Source of the DNA: an uncultured Candidatus Rokubacteria bacterium
Lineage (GTDB): Bacteria; Methylomirabilota; Methylomirabilia; Rokubacteriales; CSP1-6
Length of the DNA stretch: 64,000 bases
Direction: 5' to 3'
Assembly: GCA_963707305.1 (NCBI GenBank)
Contig: CAVPPZ010000012.1
Span: 378,370-442,369, forward strand
Each line of letters starts with the position of its first letter. Positions within the stretch are counted from its first letter, which is position 1. Below are positions 55,117-63,005 of the stretch, in pieces. Made by a program: the position numbers and the translations under genes. A model generated the notes under the pieces. It saw nothing but the letters and a program-made list of their open reading frames with translations. It was not told where the DNA came from and searched no databases.

Positions 55117-56457
55117 ATGAATACCTTCGACATCCGCAAGCCCGAGTTCTGGGACCGGAACGACGTCGATGGCGAGCTGAGGCGCGTCTACGACATCTGT
55201 AACGGGTGCCGGCGCTGCCTGCCGCTGTGTCCGTCGTTCAAGGTCATGTTCGACCGCATCGACGCCGACGTCGTCGACGGCGACGTCGAGAAGCTGCCGG
55301 CGAGCGAGGTCAAGGAAGTCGTCGACCTCTGCTACCAGTGCAAGCTCTGCTACAACCACTGCCCGTACACGCCGCCGCACCGGTGGGCGGTGGACTTCCC
55401 GCGGCTCATGCTGCGCTCGCGCGCGTCGGAGGCGAAGGCGAGTGGCGTGAGCCTGCAGGATCGCATGCTCGGCAACACCGATCTCGTCGGCACGATCGGC
55501 AGCCTCACCGCGCCGCTGTCGAACTGGATGAACGAGTTCAGCGCGCACCGCGCGCTGCTCCAGGCCGTGGCCGGCATTCACAAGGACCGCGAGCTCCCGC
55601 GCTTCCATCGCGAGACCTTCAGTAAGTGGTTCGCAGAGAGCCAGCGCCGAGGGGCGGGGCGGCGAGGGGTCACCGCCTTGCGAGCGGGACGGGCGAAGCC
55701 CACTCCCGACCGCAGACGCGGCGCCCCACGCAGCCCGCCGCCTCGGCGCGTGGCTCTCTTCGCGACGTGCACGGTCGAGTACAACGATCCCGCCATCGGG
55801 CGCGCGGCCGTCGGCGTGCTCGAGAAGAACGGGATCGACGTGAGCCTGCCCCAGCAGCGCTGTTGCGGGATGCCGTACCTCGACGGCGGGGCCATCGACG
55901 AGTGCCGGGCGCTCATGCGCGACAACGTGAAGACGCTGGCGGCCGCGGTGCGCGAGGGGTGCGAGATCGTGTCGCCGGGGCCCACGTGCAGCTACATGCT
56001 CAAGCAGGAATATCCCTGGCTCGACGGCTCGGAGGACGCGAAGCTGGTCGCGAGCCACACCAAGGACCTGTTCGAGTACCTCGCGGGTCTGCACGCGGCC
56101 GGCGCCCTCGACACCCGGTTCCCGCGCGCGCTGGGGAACGTCACGTACCACGTGCCGTGCCATCTCCGCGCGCAGAACATCGGCACGAAGTCGGCCGACA
56201 TCCTGCAACTGGTCCAGGGGACGAAGGTCGACGTGGTGGAGCGATGCTCCGCGGTCGACGGCACCTGGGGCTTCAAGAAGGAGTATTTCGAGTTGTCGAT
56301 GAAGGTCGCGAAGCCACTGTTCGACGCGGTCCGGCAGGGCGGGCCGGTCGCGGCCACCGATTGTCCCCTCGCCGCGTTGCAGATCGGGCAGGGAACGGGG
56401 CAGAAGGCGCGTCATCCGATCCAGCTCCTCGCGCAGGCGTACGGGCTCGAGCCGTGA
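55117..56457 (+). CDS. (Fe-S)-binding protein, GlpC / heterodisulfide-reductase-related (2x4Fe-4S plus CCG domains)
   Basis: CNGCRRCLPLCP and CYQCKLCYNHCP clusters; CCG-type motifs ..TCTVEYN..CCGMP.. and ..YHVPCH... Intact ORF carrying an Arg-rich insert at aa ~174-214. Confidence 0.8.
   Translation: MNTFDIRKPEFWDRNDVDGELRRVYDICNGCRRCLPLCPSFKVMFDRIDADVVDGDVEKLPASEVKEVVDLCYQCKLCYNHCPYTPPHRWAVDFPRLMLRSRASEAKASGVSLQDRMLGNTDLVGTIGSLTAPLSNWMNEFSAHRALLQAVAGIHKDRELPRFHRETFSKWFAESQRRGAGRRGVTALRAGRAKPTPDRRRGAPRSPPPRRVALFATCTVEYNDPAIGRAAVGVLEKNGIDVSLPQQRCCGMPYLDGGAIDECRALMRDNVKTLAAAVREGCEIVSPGPTCSYMLKQEYPWLDGSEDAKLVASHTKDLFEYLAGLHAAGALDTRFPRALGNVTYHVPCHLRAQNIGTKSADILQLVQGTKVDVVERCSAVDGTWGFKKEYFELSMKVAKPLFDAVRQGGPVAATDCPLAALQIGQGTGQKARHPIQLLAQAYGLEP
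55635..55759. repeat. ~125-bp imperfect nested palindrome related to the 1401-1552 repeat, inside the Fe-S gene
   Basis: Outer arms agagagccagcgccgagg / cctcggcgcgtggctctct; centre cgggacgggc-gaa-gcccactcccgac. Shares gggcgaa, gcccactcccgac and cgcag with the first repeat. Confidence 0.75.
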
Positions 56458-57035
56458 AGCCGGTCACGCACGACGAGCTGCTGAACCTCCACGAGTACGA
56501 GAAGGTCCGCGAGGCGCGACGGCAGGCGATCATCGCGCTCAAGCGCCGGCGGCGCGTGCAGGTCGGGCGCTACCTCTCGTTCGTCTTCGAGAACCACGCC
56601 ACCGCGTGGTTTCAGATCCAGGAGATGATCCGCGCGGAGCGTATCGTCGACGACGCCAAGGTCGCCGACGAGCTCAGCGTGTACAACGATCTCCTGCCCG
56701 GTCCCGGCGAGCTGGCCGCCACCATGTTCATCGAGATCGGCGACCCGGCGGCCATCAAGCCCGTGCTCGACGCGCTGCTCGGCATCGACACCCGCGACTA
56801 CGTGCGCATGGAGGTCGGCTCGCACGTGATCGTCGGCCGCTTCGAGAGCGGCCACTCCGACGAGGAGCTCGGCAAGCTCAGCGCGGTGCACTTCGTCCGG
56901 TTCGCGCTGCCGCCGGCGGCGCGCGCCGCCTTCGCGACGTCGGAGGTCGTGCTCGTGGTGGACCATCCCAACGAGCGCGCGCGCACGGTCCTGTCCCCGG
57001 AGACGAGAGGGAGCCTGGCCGAGGACCTCGCGTGA
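56454..57035 (+). CDS. DUF3501 family protein
   Basis: GTGA overlap with the Fe-S gene; ..LSFVFENHATAWFQIQEMIRAERI..; typical rubrerythrin/Fe-S/DUF3501 gene neighbourhood. Confidence 0.7.
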   Translation: MKPVTHDELLNLHEYEKVREARRQAIIALKRRRRVQVGRYLSFVFENHATAWFQIQEMIRAERIVDDAKVADELSVYNDLLPGPGELAATMFIEIGDPAAIKPVLDALLGIDTRDYVRMEVGSHVIVGRFESGHSDEELGKLSAVHFVRFALPPAARAAFATSEVVLVVDHPNERARTVLSPETRGSLAEDLA

Positions 57036-57356
57036 CCGTCGGCCGTCCGACGGTCCTGGCGATGATCGCGCTGGGACTCACGGCCGGCTGCTCGCAAGGC
57101 GAGAAGCTCAGCCCCGAGGCGGAGCGTGGCCGTCAGATCTATCAGGCGCAGTGCATCGCCTGCCACAACCCGACCCCCGCGCAGCCCGGCGCGCTCGGCC
57201 CTGCGCTGAAGGGCTCATCGGAGGAAGCTGCTCCGCGCGAAGGTTCTCCAAGGCACCTACCCGCCGGGCTACGCGCCGAAGCGTCCGACCAAGGTCATGC
57301 AGCCGATGCCGCAGGTCGCCAGCGACATTCCCGCGCTCGCGGCGTACTTGCGCTGA
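57032..57356 (+). CDS. mono-haem class I cytochrome c lipoprotein, one frame break
   Basis: Lipobox LTAGC; haem site CIACH; GTGA overlap with DUF3501. Break ~57225; corrected end ..MPQVASDIPALAAYLR. Confidence 0.7.
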
Positions 57357-57371
57357 CGCGGCCCGCGTCGC

Positions 57372-57878
57372 TCACCGCGTACCGGTGAACACGCGCTCCA
57401 TCACGAGCACGTCGACCCACTTCCCATCCAGCAGGCCCTGTTCTCGATAGACGCCCACGGTGGTGAAGCCCAGCCGCTCGTAGAGGCTGACGCCGGCGGG
57501 GTTGAAGGGAAACGCGGCGAGCACCATCTTGTGGTAGCGGAGCTCCTGCGCCAGATCCACGAGCGCGGTGAGCAGACGCCGTCCGACGCCGCGCCCCCGC
57601 CAGTCGCGCTCGATGTAGATCGAGAAGTCCGCCACGTGGTCGTACGCGGGCCGCGGGTTGAACCGGTTCAGACTGGCCCAGCCCGTCACGAGACCATCGA
57701 CCTCGGCCACGAGCACCGGATGGCGCGGTCCGCGCGCCGCCAGCCACTCCGCACGCTCCTCCGGCGTGCGCAGCTCCGTCTCCAGCGTGGCCAGCCGGTC
57801 CTCGATGCCCTGGTTGTAGATCGTGGCGATCGCCGCGATGTCGGTCGTCTCGGCCCGTCGGACGTGGATGGTCGTCAC
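57372..57878 (-). CDS. GNAT acetyltransferase (phosphinothricin acetyltransferase-like)
   Basis: ..IATIYNQGIEDRLATLETE..; ..IYIERDWRGRGVGRRLLTALV... GTG start chosen at 57878; the ORF opens at 57944. Confidence 0.75.
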   Translation of the reverse strand: MTTIHVRRAETTDIAAIATIYNQGIEDRLATLETELRTPEERAEWLAARGPRHPVLVAEVDGLVTGWASLNRFNPRPAYDHVADFSIYIERDWRGRGVGRRLLTALVDLAQELRYHKMVLAAFPFNPAGVSLYERLGFTTVGVYREQGLLDGKWVDVLVMERVFTGTR

Positions 57879-57954
57879 GTTCTCTACTCTCGTCGGCCGG
57901 CGGCGATTCGTGAAATGAATTGTCGGAATCACGACGATTCGCAATACTGGGGCG

Positions 57955-58860
57955 ATGGACGTCGAGCTCGCGCACCTGCGGACGCTCGCCGAGATCGCGC
58001 GGCAGCGCAGCTTCTCGCGCGCCGGTGAGCTGCTGCGCCTGAGCCAGCCCGCGGTGAGCCATCACATCCGCCACCTGGAGGCCGCCGCCGGCCTTCCGCT
58101 CCTCGAGCGTCTCGGCAAGAGCGCGGTGCTGACGAAGGCGGGCGAAGTGCTGCTCGAGCACGCGCGCCGCGTGTTCCGCGAGCTGGAGGTCGCCGGTCAG
58201 AGCGTCCAGCGGCTCCGGGGGGTGGTGAGCGGCCGCGTGCGCATCGGCACGGGGGCGACGGCGAGCATCTACCTGTTGCCGGGACTCCTGAGACAGCTGC
58301 GGCGGCAGTATCCGGACGTCGAGCTCGTCGTGGTCACCGGCAACGCCCCGGACATCGCGGCCGGCGTGATCCGGTCCGAGCTGGACGTCGGCATCGTCAC
58401 GCTCCCGGTGTCCGAGCGTCGCCTGCACGTCTCGGCGTTCACGCGCGACCCGCTGGTGGCGATCACGCCGCCGACCCGGGAATGGCGCGGGCATCGCGCG
58501 CTGACCGCCGCGGACCTGGCGCCACACCCGTTGATCCTCTACGAGCGCGGCGGCCTCATCCGCACGGTGATCGACGGCTGGTTCCGGGCCGCGCGCACGC
58601 GTCCCCGCATCGCGATGGAGCTGGGCAACGCGGAAGCGATCAAGGAGATGGTGGCCGCCGGCCTGGGCGTCTCGATCACGTCCGCGATCACGGTGGCCGC
58701 CGAGGTCCGCCGCCGCTCTCTCCTGTCGATCCCGCTGACCCCTCCACTCCAGCGCGATCTCGGCATCATCCGAAGACGCGGCAAGTCGACGACTCCCGCG
58801 CTTCCGGCGGTGCTCTCAGCGCTGGAGTCCTTCGACGCCCCACCGGTCCGCCGCCGCTAA
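57955..58860 (+). CDS. LysR-family transcriptional regulator
   Basis: N-terminal HTH LRTLAEIARQRSFSRAGELLRLSQPAVSHHIRHLE; divergent from the GNAT gene. Confidence 0.9.
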   Translation: MDVELAHLRTLAEIARQRSFSRAGELLRLSQPAVSHHIRHLEAAAGLPLLERLGKSAVLTKAGEVLLEHARRVFRELEVAGQSVQRLRGVVSGRVRIGTGATASIYLLPGLLRQLRRQYPDVELVVVTGNAPDIAAGVIRSELDVGIVTLPVSERRLHVSAFTRDPLVAITPPTREWRGHRALTAADLAPHPLILYERGGLIRTVIDGWFRAARTRPRIAMELGNAEAIKEMVAAGLGVSITSAITVAAEVRRRSLLSIPLTPPLQRDLGIIRRRGKSTTPALPAVLSALESFDAPPVRRR

Positions 58861-58961
58861 CGCGCTACGGAAGATCCCGACGAGCGCGATCGAAGGATCA
58901 CCGCGCAGGTTCGAGCGCGGGCTTGCCCGCGCAATCCGATTCCTGGGGGGAGGCAGTCGAA

Positions 58962-58988
58962 AAAGGGCGAGCCAGAGGCTCGCCCTTT
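58962..58988. terminator. bidirectional rho-independent terminator between convergent genes
   Basis: gggcgagc / cagag / gctcgccc flanked by A5 (5' side) and TTT (3' side). On the minus strand the stem is followed by TTTTT. Confidence 0.6.
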
Positions 58989-59026
58989 CGCTCGTAGGAT
59001 GGGGGGCGAAGCCCCCCTCCGAGGTT

Positions 59027-59744
59027 CTAGGTGAGGATCTCGATCGCCAGGTACAGGATCGCGCTGAGGACGAAGCCGCCCCAGAAGGTGCCGTTCAGCG
59101 TGCTGAGCATCTTCTTGCCCGCGCCCGCCGTTCCCACCATCGCGTTGTACTCGGCCGCCGCCATCACGACGAGCAGGACGATCAGCAACCAGAGCTTGGC
59201 GCCGCCCGTGACGGCCGTGAAGAGCGGGAGATGCGACGCCGCGCCCATGAAGAACAGCATCGGGATCGAGAGCATCGTGTTCGTGCGCGAGGCGAATCCC
59301 GCGCGCTGGCCGCGCGGCCGCCGCCTCCGGAATCGCCTGGCCGCCGCCCTTCACCTGCTGCGCCGAGGCCATGACGACCTGCTGCGCGGGCCAGATGACG
59401 AACCACACGTTGAACCACATGAGGCTGCCGAGCATGCCGCCGATGAAGATCGCCCAGCCGTACGAGGTGTCGAAGAACGGGCCCATGCCCATCGTCCCCA
59501 TCCGGTGGAAGAGGATCAGCCAGCCGGTGATGAACGTGATCATCGCGCCCCAGCGGAACCACCAGAGCGCGCGGTTCAGCAGGCCGCCCGCCACCATTCC
59601 GGTGCGCACGGGAGCTTCCACCGTCGCGAAGAATGGGACCTGCACGAAGTTGAAATAGTAGAGCATCCCGATCCACGTGATGCCGGCCAGGAAGTGGAAC
59701 CACCGCAGGATGAACAGCCAGCCTTCTGCTGTGAACAGTGCCAT
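59027..59744 (-). CDS. PuuD-like (urate hydroxylase N-terminal domain type) membrane protein, one frame break
   Basis: MALFTAEGWLFILRWFHFLAGITWIGMLYYFNFVQ.. typical N-terminus; several TM segments. Break ~59325. Confidence 0.5.
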
Positions 59745-59789
59745 CGTCAGCGCCCCCCTTGCCGTGAGGGAATCGTGCGTGAGCGGCCG

Positions 59790-60116
59790 CTACTCCTCCT
59801 CGTCCTCCTCCTCGTCGTCATCATCGTCGAGATCGTCGTCCTCCTCGTCGTCGTCGAGGTCCGCCTCGTCCTCCACGTCCTCGTCTAGGTCGTCGATCTC
59901 GTCGTCGTCCTCGTCGTCCTCATCCTCGTCCTCGTCATCGTCGTCGAAGTCGTCGGCGTCGAAGTCGTCGTCATCATCGTCATCGAGGTCGTCGTCGTCC
60001 TCGTCAGCGTCCTCGTCGACGTCTTTGTCTTCTGCCTCTTCGTCGCCGTCGAGATCCTCATCACGGGCGCGACGAAGGTCGGCGTCGTCATGCCAGGGAC
60101 GTGCACGGAACTGCAT
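59790..60116 (-). CDS. hyper-acidic Asp/Glu-rich small protein
   Basis: ATG at 60116 with a GGAGGA RBS. 108 aa; after residue ~20 almost only D/E with scattered L, A, V, F, I, K, G. Followed 46 nt later by the PuuD-like gene. Confidence 0.55.
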   Translation of the reverse strand: MQFRARPWHDDADLRRARDEDLDGDEEAEDKDVDEDADEDDDDLDDDDDDDFDADDFDDDDEDEDEDDEDDDEIDDLDEDVEDEADLDDDEEDDDLDDDDDEEEDEEE

Positions 60117-60150
60117 GTGAAGGTTCCTCCGGAATCGCGGCAAGGCACGA

Positions 60151-60178
60151 TTGAAAAGCTCGGCGCGAATTATATAGC
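60151..60178 (+). promoter_or_regulatory. possible promoter TTGAAA-16 nt-TATAGC upstream of tRNA-Met
   Basis: AT-richer island in the 60117-60243 intergenic region. The distance to the tRNA 5' end (~66 nt) is long, so weak. Confidence 0.25.
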
Positions 60179-60243
60179 AAATGGCCGAAGTCAATATTCT
60201 GTCGTACACTCGCCTTCGCCTTCGGGCGAACGCCTCCTGGCTC

Positions 60244-60318
60244 GGCGGTGTAGCTCAGCGGCAGAGCAGGGGTCTCATAAGCCCCGTGTCGGAGGTTCAA
60301 TTCCTCCCACCGCCACCA
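60244..60318 (+). tRNA. tRNA-Met (anticodon CAT), elongator type, CCA encoded
   Basis: Hand-folded: acceptor GGCGGTG/CACCGCC (1:72 paired), D stem GCTC/GAGC, anticodon arm GGGGT-CTCATAA-GCCCC, T arm GGAGG-TTCAATT-CCTCC; 75 nt. A lysidine-modified Ile2 identity cannot be excluded. Confidence 0.85.
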
Positions 60319-60339
60319 TTTCCCCTCGTGGAGGGACCC

Positions 60340-61122
60340 TTGAGCGACGTGCTCGTCGAGCGTGAGGGTGCCATCGCCACGGTCGTCTTCAACCGACCTC
60401 GCCTGCGGAACGCCATCAGCCTGACGATGTGGACCGACATCGCGCGCGTCACCCGCGAGCTCGGTGAGGACGAGGGCGTGCGGGCGGTCGTGTATCGCGG
60501 GGCGGGCCGGCAGGCCTTCGCGTCGGGCGCCGACATCTCGGAGTTCGAGGAACAGAGGAAGGACGCGGCGAGCGCGCATCGCTACGGCGCGCAAACCGAA
60601 GCGGCGTATTCCGCGATCCGGCAGTGCGCGAAGCCGACGGTGGCCATGATCTTCGGCTACTGCATGGGCGGCGCGATGGCGGTGGCCATGGCCTGCGACC
60701 TGCGGTTCGCCGCGGAAGGCTCGCGCTTCGGCATCCCGGCCGCCAAGCTGAGCATCGTGTATCCCCCGAGCTCGGTTGGCCAGCTCGTGGACCTCGTTGG
60801 TCCCGCCTCGGCGAAGGACATCCTCTACTCCGCGCGCGTCGTCGACGATCGCGAGGCGCTCGCGATGGGGTTCATCCAGCGGCTCGTCCCCGTGGACGAC
60901 CTCGAGCGCGTGACGTACGAGTACCTGCGCACCGTCGCCGACAACGCACCGCTGTCCGTGAGCGGCAGCAAGGCGACCATCGAGTCCTACCTCGAGGGCA
61001 TGAACGAGGAGCACCGCCGCCGACTCCGGGAGCTGTCGCGGGAGGCGTCGGAGAGCCAGGACTACAAGGAAGGCACGCGCGCGTTCCTCGAGAAGCGGCC
61101 CCCGCGCTTTCAGGGACGGTAA
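60340..61122 (+). CDS. enoyl-CoA hydratase/isomerase family protein
   Basis: ..ATVVFNRPRLRNAIS..VVYRGAGRQAFASGADISEF..IFGYCMGGAMAVAMACD... TTG start after GGAGG; the longer ORF start would overlap the tRNA. Confidence 0.8.
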   Translation: MSDVLVEREGAIATVVFNRPRLRNAISLTMWTDIARVTRELGEDEGVRAVVYRGAGRQAFASGADISEFEEQRKDAASAHRYGAQTEAAYSAIRQCAKPTVAMIFGYCMGGAMAVAMACDLRFAAEGSRFGIPAAKLSIVYPPSSVGQLVDLVGPASAKDILYSARVVDDREALAMGFIQRLVPVDDLERVTYEYLRTVADNAPLSVSGSKATIESYLEGMNEEHRRRLRELSREASESQDYKEGTRAFLEKRPPRFQGR

Positions 61123-61124
61123 GC

Positions 61125-62193
61125 CTGCGCATCGCCGTCCTCAGCTCCACGCCGCCCAGTCCCACCGAGGGCAGCGGGACGTTCGTGGCGCTCGACGGTC
61201 TCGTCCGCGGCCTCACCGCCCTCGGCCACCACGTCGAGTTCCGCCCGCTGCGCCGCCGCTCCGGCGTTCACACGTTCGACCGCTGGCTCTACAACGCGAC
61301 CGTCGCGGCCGATCCGCCGCGCGCCGACCTCGTGCTCGGCGTGGACCTCGATGGGTTCCTGTGGGCCCGGCGCCGTCGCGGCGGCGCGCGCACGTACGTC
61401 GTGGCGCTCAAGGGCATCATCGCGGACGAGCTCCGGAACGAGCGCGGGATCGTGCGCGTGCTGCTCGGCATCCAGGCGCGATGGGAGCGGCGCAACACCG
61501 AGCGGGCGGATCGCGTCATCGTGCCGAGCCGCTACTCGGCAGGCATCGCCGCCGCCCTCTACGACGTGCCCGACGCGCGCATCGCCGTGGTGCCCGAGCC
61601 GATCGATCTCACGGAGTGGCGCCGGCGCTTCGACGCGGCCCGCGCGCCGCGAGACAGCCGGGCGTCCGACCGTGCTCACGGTGGCGCGCCTCTATCCCCG
61701 AAAGCGGGTGGAGGACCTGCTGGAGGCGGCCGCGCTCCTCCGGACGCGAATCGCGGATGTCCAGGTCCGCATCGTAGGGGAGGGGCCCGAGGGCGCCCGC
61801 CTGCGCGCCGTGCATGCGCGCCTCGGCCTCGGGGATTCGGTCGCCTTTCTCGGCCACGTGACGCGCGACGCGCTGGCGCTAGAATATTCGAGGGCGCGCT
61901 GCTTCTGCCTGCCCACGGTGCAGGAGGGCTTCGGCCTCGTCTTCGCCGAGGCGATGGCAGCCGGCCTCCCGGTGGTGGCATGTCGGGCGGCGGCGGTTCC
62001 TGAGCTGGTGCAAGACGGCGAGACCGGCCTCCTCGTCCCACCCCGCACGCCGGCCGCGCTCGCGGCGGCGCTGGAGCGGATGCTCGGCGACGACAGCCTG
62101 AGGAAGGAGATGGGCATGGCAGGACGCATCCGGGTCGAAGCGCTCGATCTCGTTCCGGTGGCGCGCCGGTTCCTGGAGGCCGTGTCGGCGTGA
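61125..62193 (+). CDS. GT4-family (group 1) glycosyltransferase, one frame break, start unclear
   Basis: LRIAVLSSTPPSPTEGSGT..; C-terminal ..LPTVQEGFGLVFAEAMAAGLPVVA..E..V.DGETGLLV. Break ~61655. No canonical start codon near the LRIAVLSS N-terminus. Confidence 0.7.
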
Positions 62194-63005
62194 ACGGCAT
62201 CGCCTATAGCAGCCGTCGCTTCACGTTCGCGGCGGCCCATCGGTACTGGGTCGATGCCTGGTCCGCCGCCGAGAACGAGACGTTCTTCGGTCGCCTCACC
62301 GTCCCCCACGGGCACAACTACGCCCTCGAGGTGACCGTGCGCGGCCCGATCGATCCGCAGACGGGCATGGTGATCAATCTCACCGACCTGAAGGCGATCG
62401 TGCACGACACGGTGGTCGAGCGATTCGACCACGCCGATCTGAACGCGGACGCGCTCTTCCGTGGCCGCGTGCCCACCACCGAGAACATCGCGATCGTGGT
62501 GTGGGGCCTGCTCGTCGCCAAGCTCGGCGCCGATCGGCTCTGGCAGGTGCGCGTGTGGGAAGACGAGACGCTGTTCGTCGACTACCGCGGCGAGGAGTCG
62601 ATGATCGAGATCACGCGCGTCTATCACTTCAGCGCCGCGCACCGGCTCGTGAGCCCGCGCCTCACCGCCGCGGAGAACGCGGCGCTCTACGGCCCGTGCG
62701 CGCGTCCCCACGGGCACAACTACTACGTGGAGGTCACGCTGGCCGGCGTGCCGGATCCCGTCACCGGCATGGCCGTCGATCTCGGGCTCGTCGACGCGAC
62801 GGTGAGCGAGCGTCTCCTGCAGCACGTCGATCACCACACGCTCGAGACGTCGCCGGCGCTTCCCGGCGTCATCACGACCGGGGAAGGGCTCGCGCGCGCG
62901 TTCTGGGACGTGCTGGCGCCGGCGCTCCCGGCGACGTCGCTGCGCCGCGTGCGCGTCGTGGAGACCGCGAAGAATCGCTTCGAGTATCGGGGGGAAGCCG
63001 CGTGA
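62190..63005 (+). CDS. queD: tandem-domain 6-carboxy-5,6,7,8-tetrahydropterin synthase (QueD/PTPS family)
   Basis: Two PTPS-like halves: [17 protein letters not shown] and [22 protein letters not shown]. Only the second keeps the C-x3-HGH QueD motif. Confidence 0.75.
   Translation: MNGIAYSSRRFTFAAAHRYWVDAWSAAENETFFGRLTVPHGHNYALEVTVRGPIDPQTGMVINLTDLKAIVHDTVVERFDHADLNADALFRGRVPTTENIAIVVWGLLVAKLGADRLWQVRVWEDETLFVDYRGEESMIEITRVYHFSAAHRLVSPRLTAAENAALYGPCARPHGHNYYVEVTLAGVPDPVTGMAVDLGLVDATVSERLLQHVDHHTLETSPALPGVITTGEGLARAFWDVLAPALPATSLRRVRVVETAKNRFEYRGEAA

Noticed and set aside
54685-56415. 576-aa minus-strand ORF
   Set aside because: Antisense to the rubrerythrin and Fe-S protein genes, both of which have clear ligand motifs on the plus strand.
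59790-60060. Possible CRISPR or tandem-repeat array because of strong triplet periodicity
   Set aside because: There are no exact repeat units or spacers, only GAC/GAG/GAT codon bias. No CRISPR-like repeat-spacer structure was seen anywhere in the window.
59677-60120. Ser-rich 147-aa plus-strand ORF over the acidic-repeat region
   Set aside because: It starts inside the PuuD-like gene and has no RBS. It is the mirror image of the D/E ORF, which has a GGAGGA RBS and fits the intergenic space. Not fully excluded without expression data.
60244-60318. Initiator tRNA-fMet identity
   Set aside because: Positions 1:72 are a G-C pair and the anticodon stem ends in T-G next to the loop rather than three consecutive G-C pairs. 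It is therefore elongator Met, or possibly Ile2 if lysidine-modified.
60181-60339. ATG at 60181 as the start of the enoyl-CoA hydratase gene
   Set aside because: That N-terminal extension reads through tRNA-Met (60244-60318). A GGAGG plus TTG start at 60340 lies directly after the tRNA.
62100-62200. preQ1 or other riboswitch upstream of queD-folE
   Set aside because: The queD start overlaps the stop of the glycosyltransferase gene (GTGA), so there is no leader region to hold a riboswitch.
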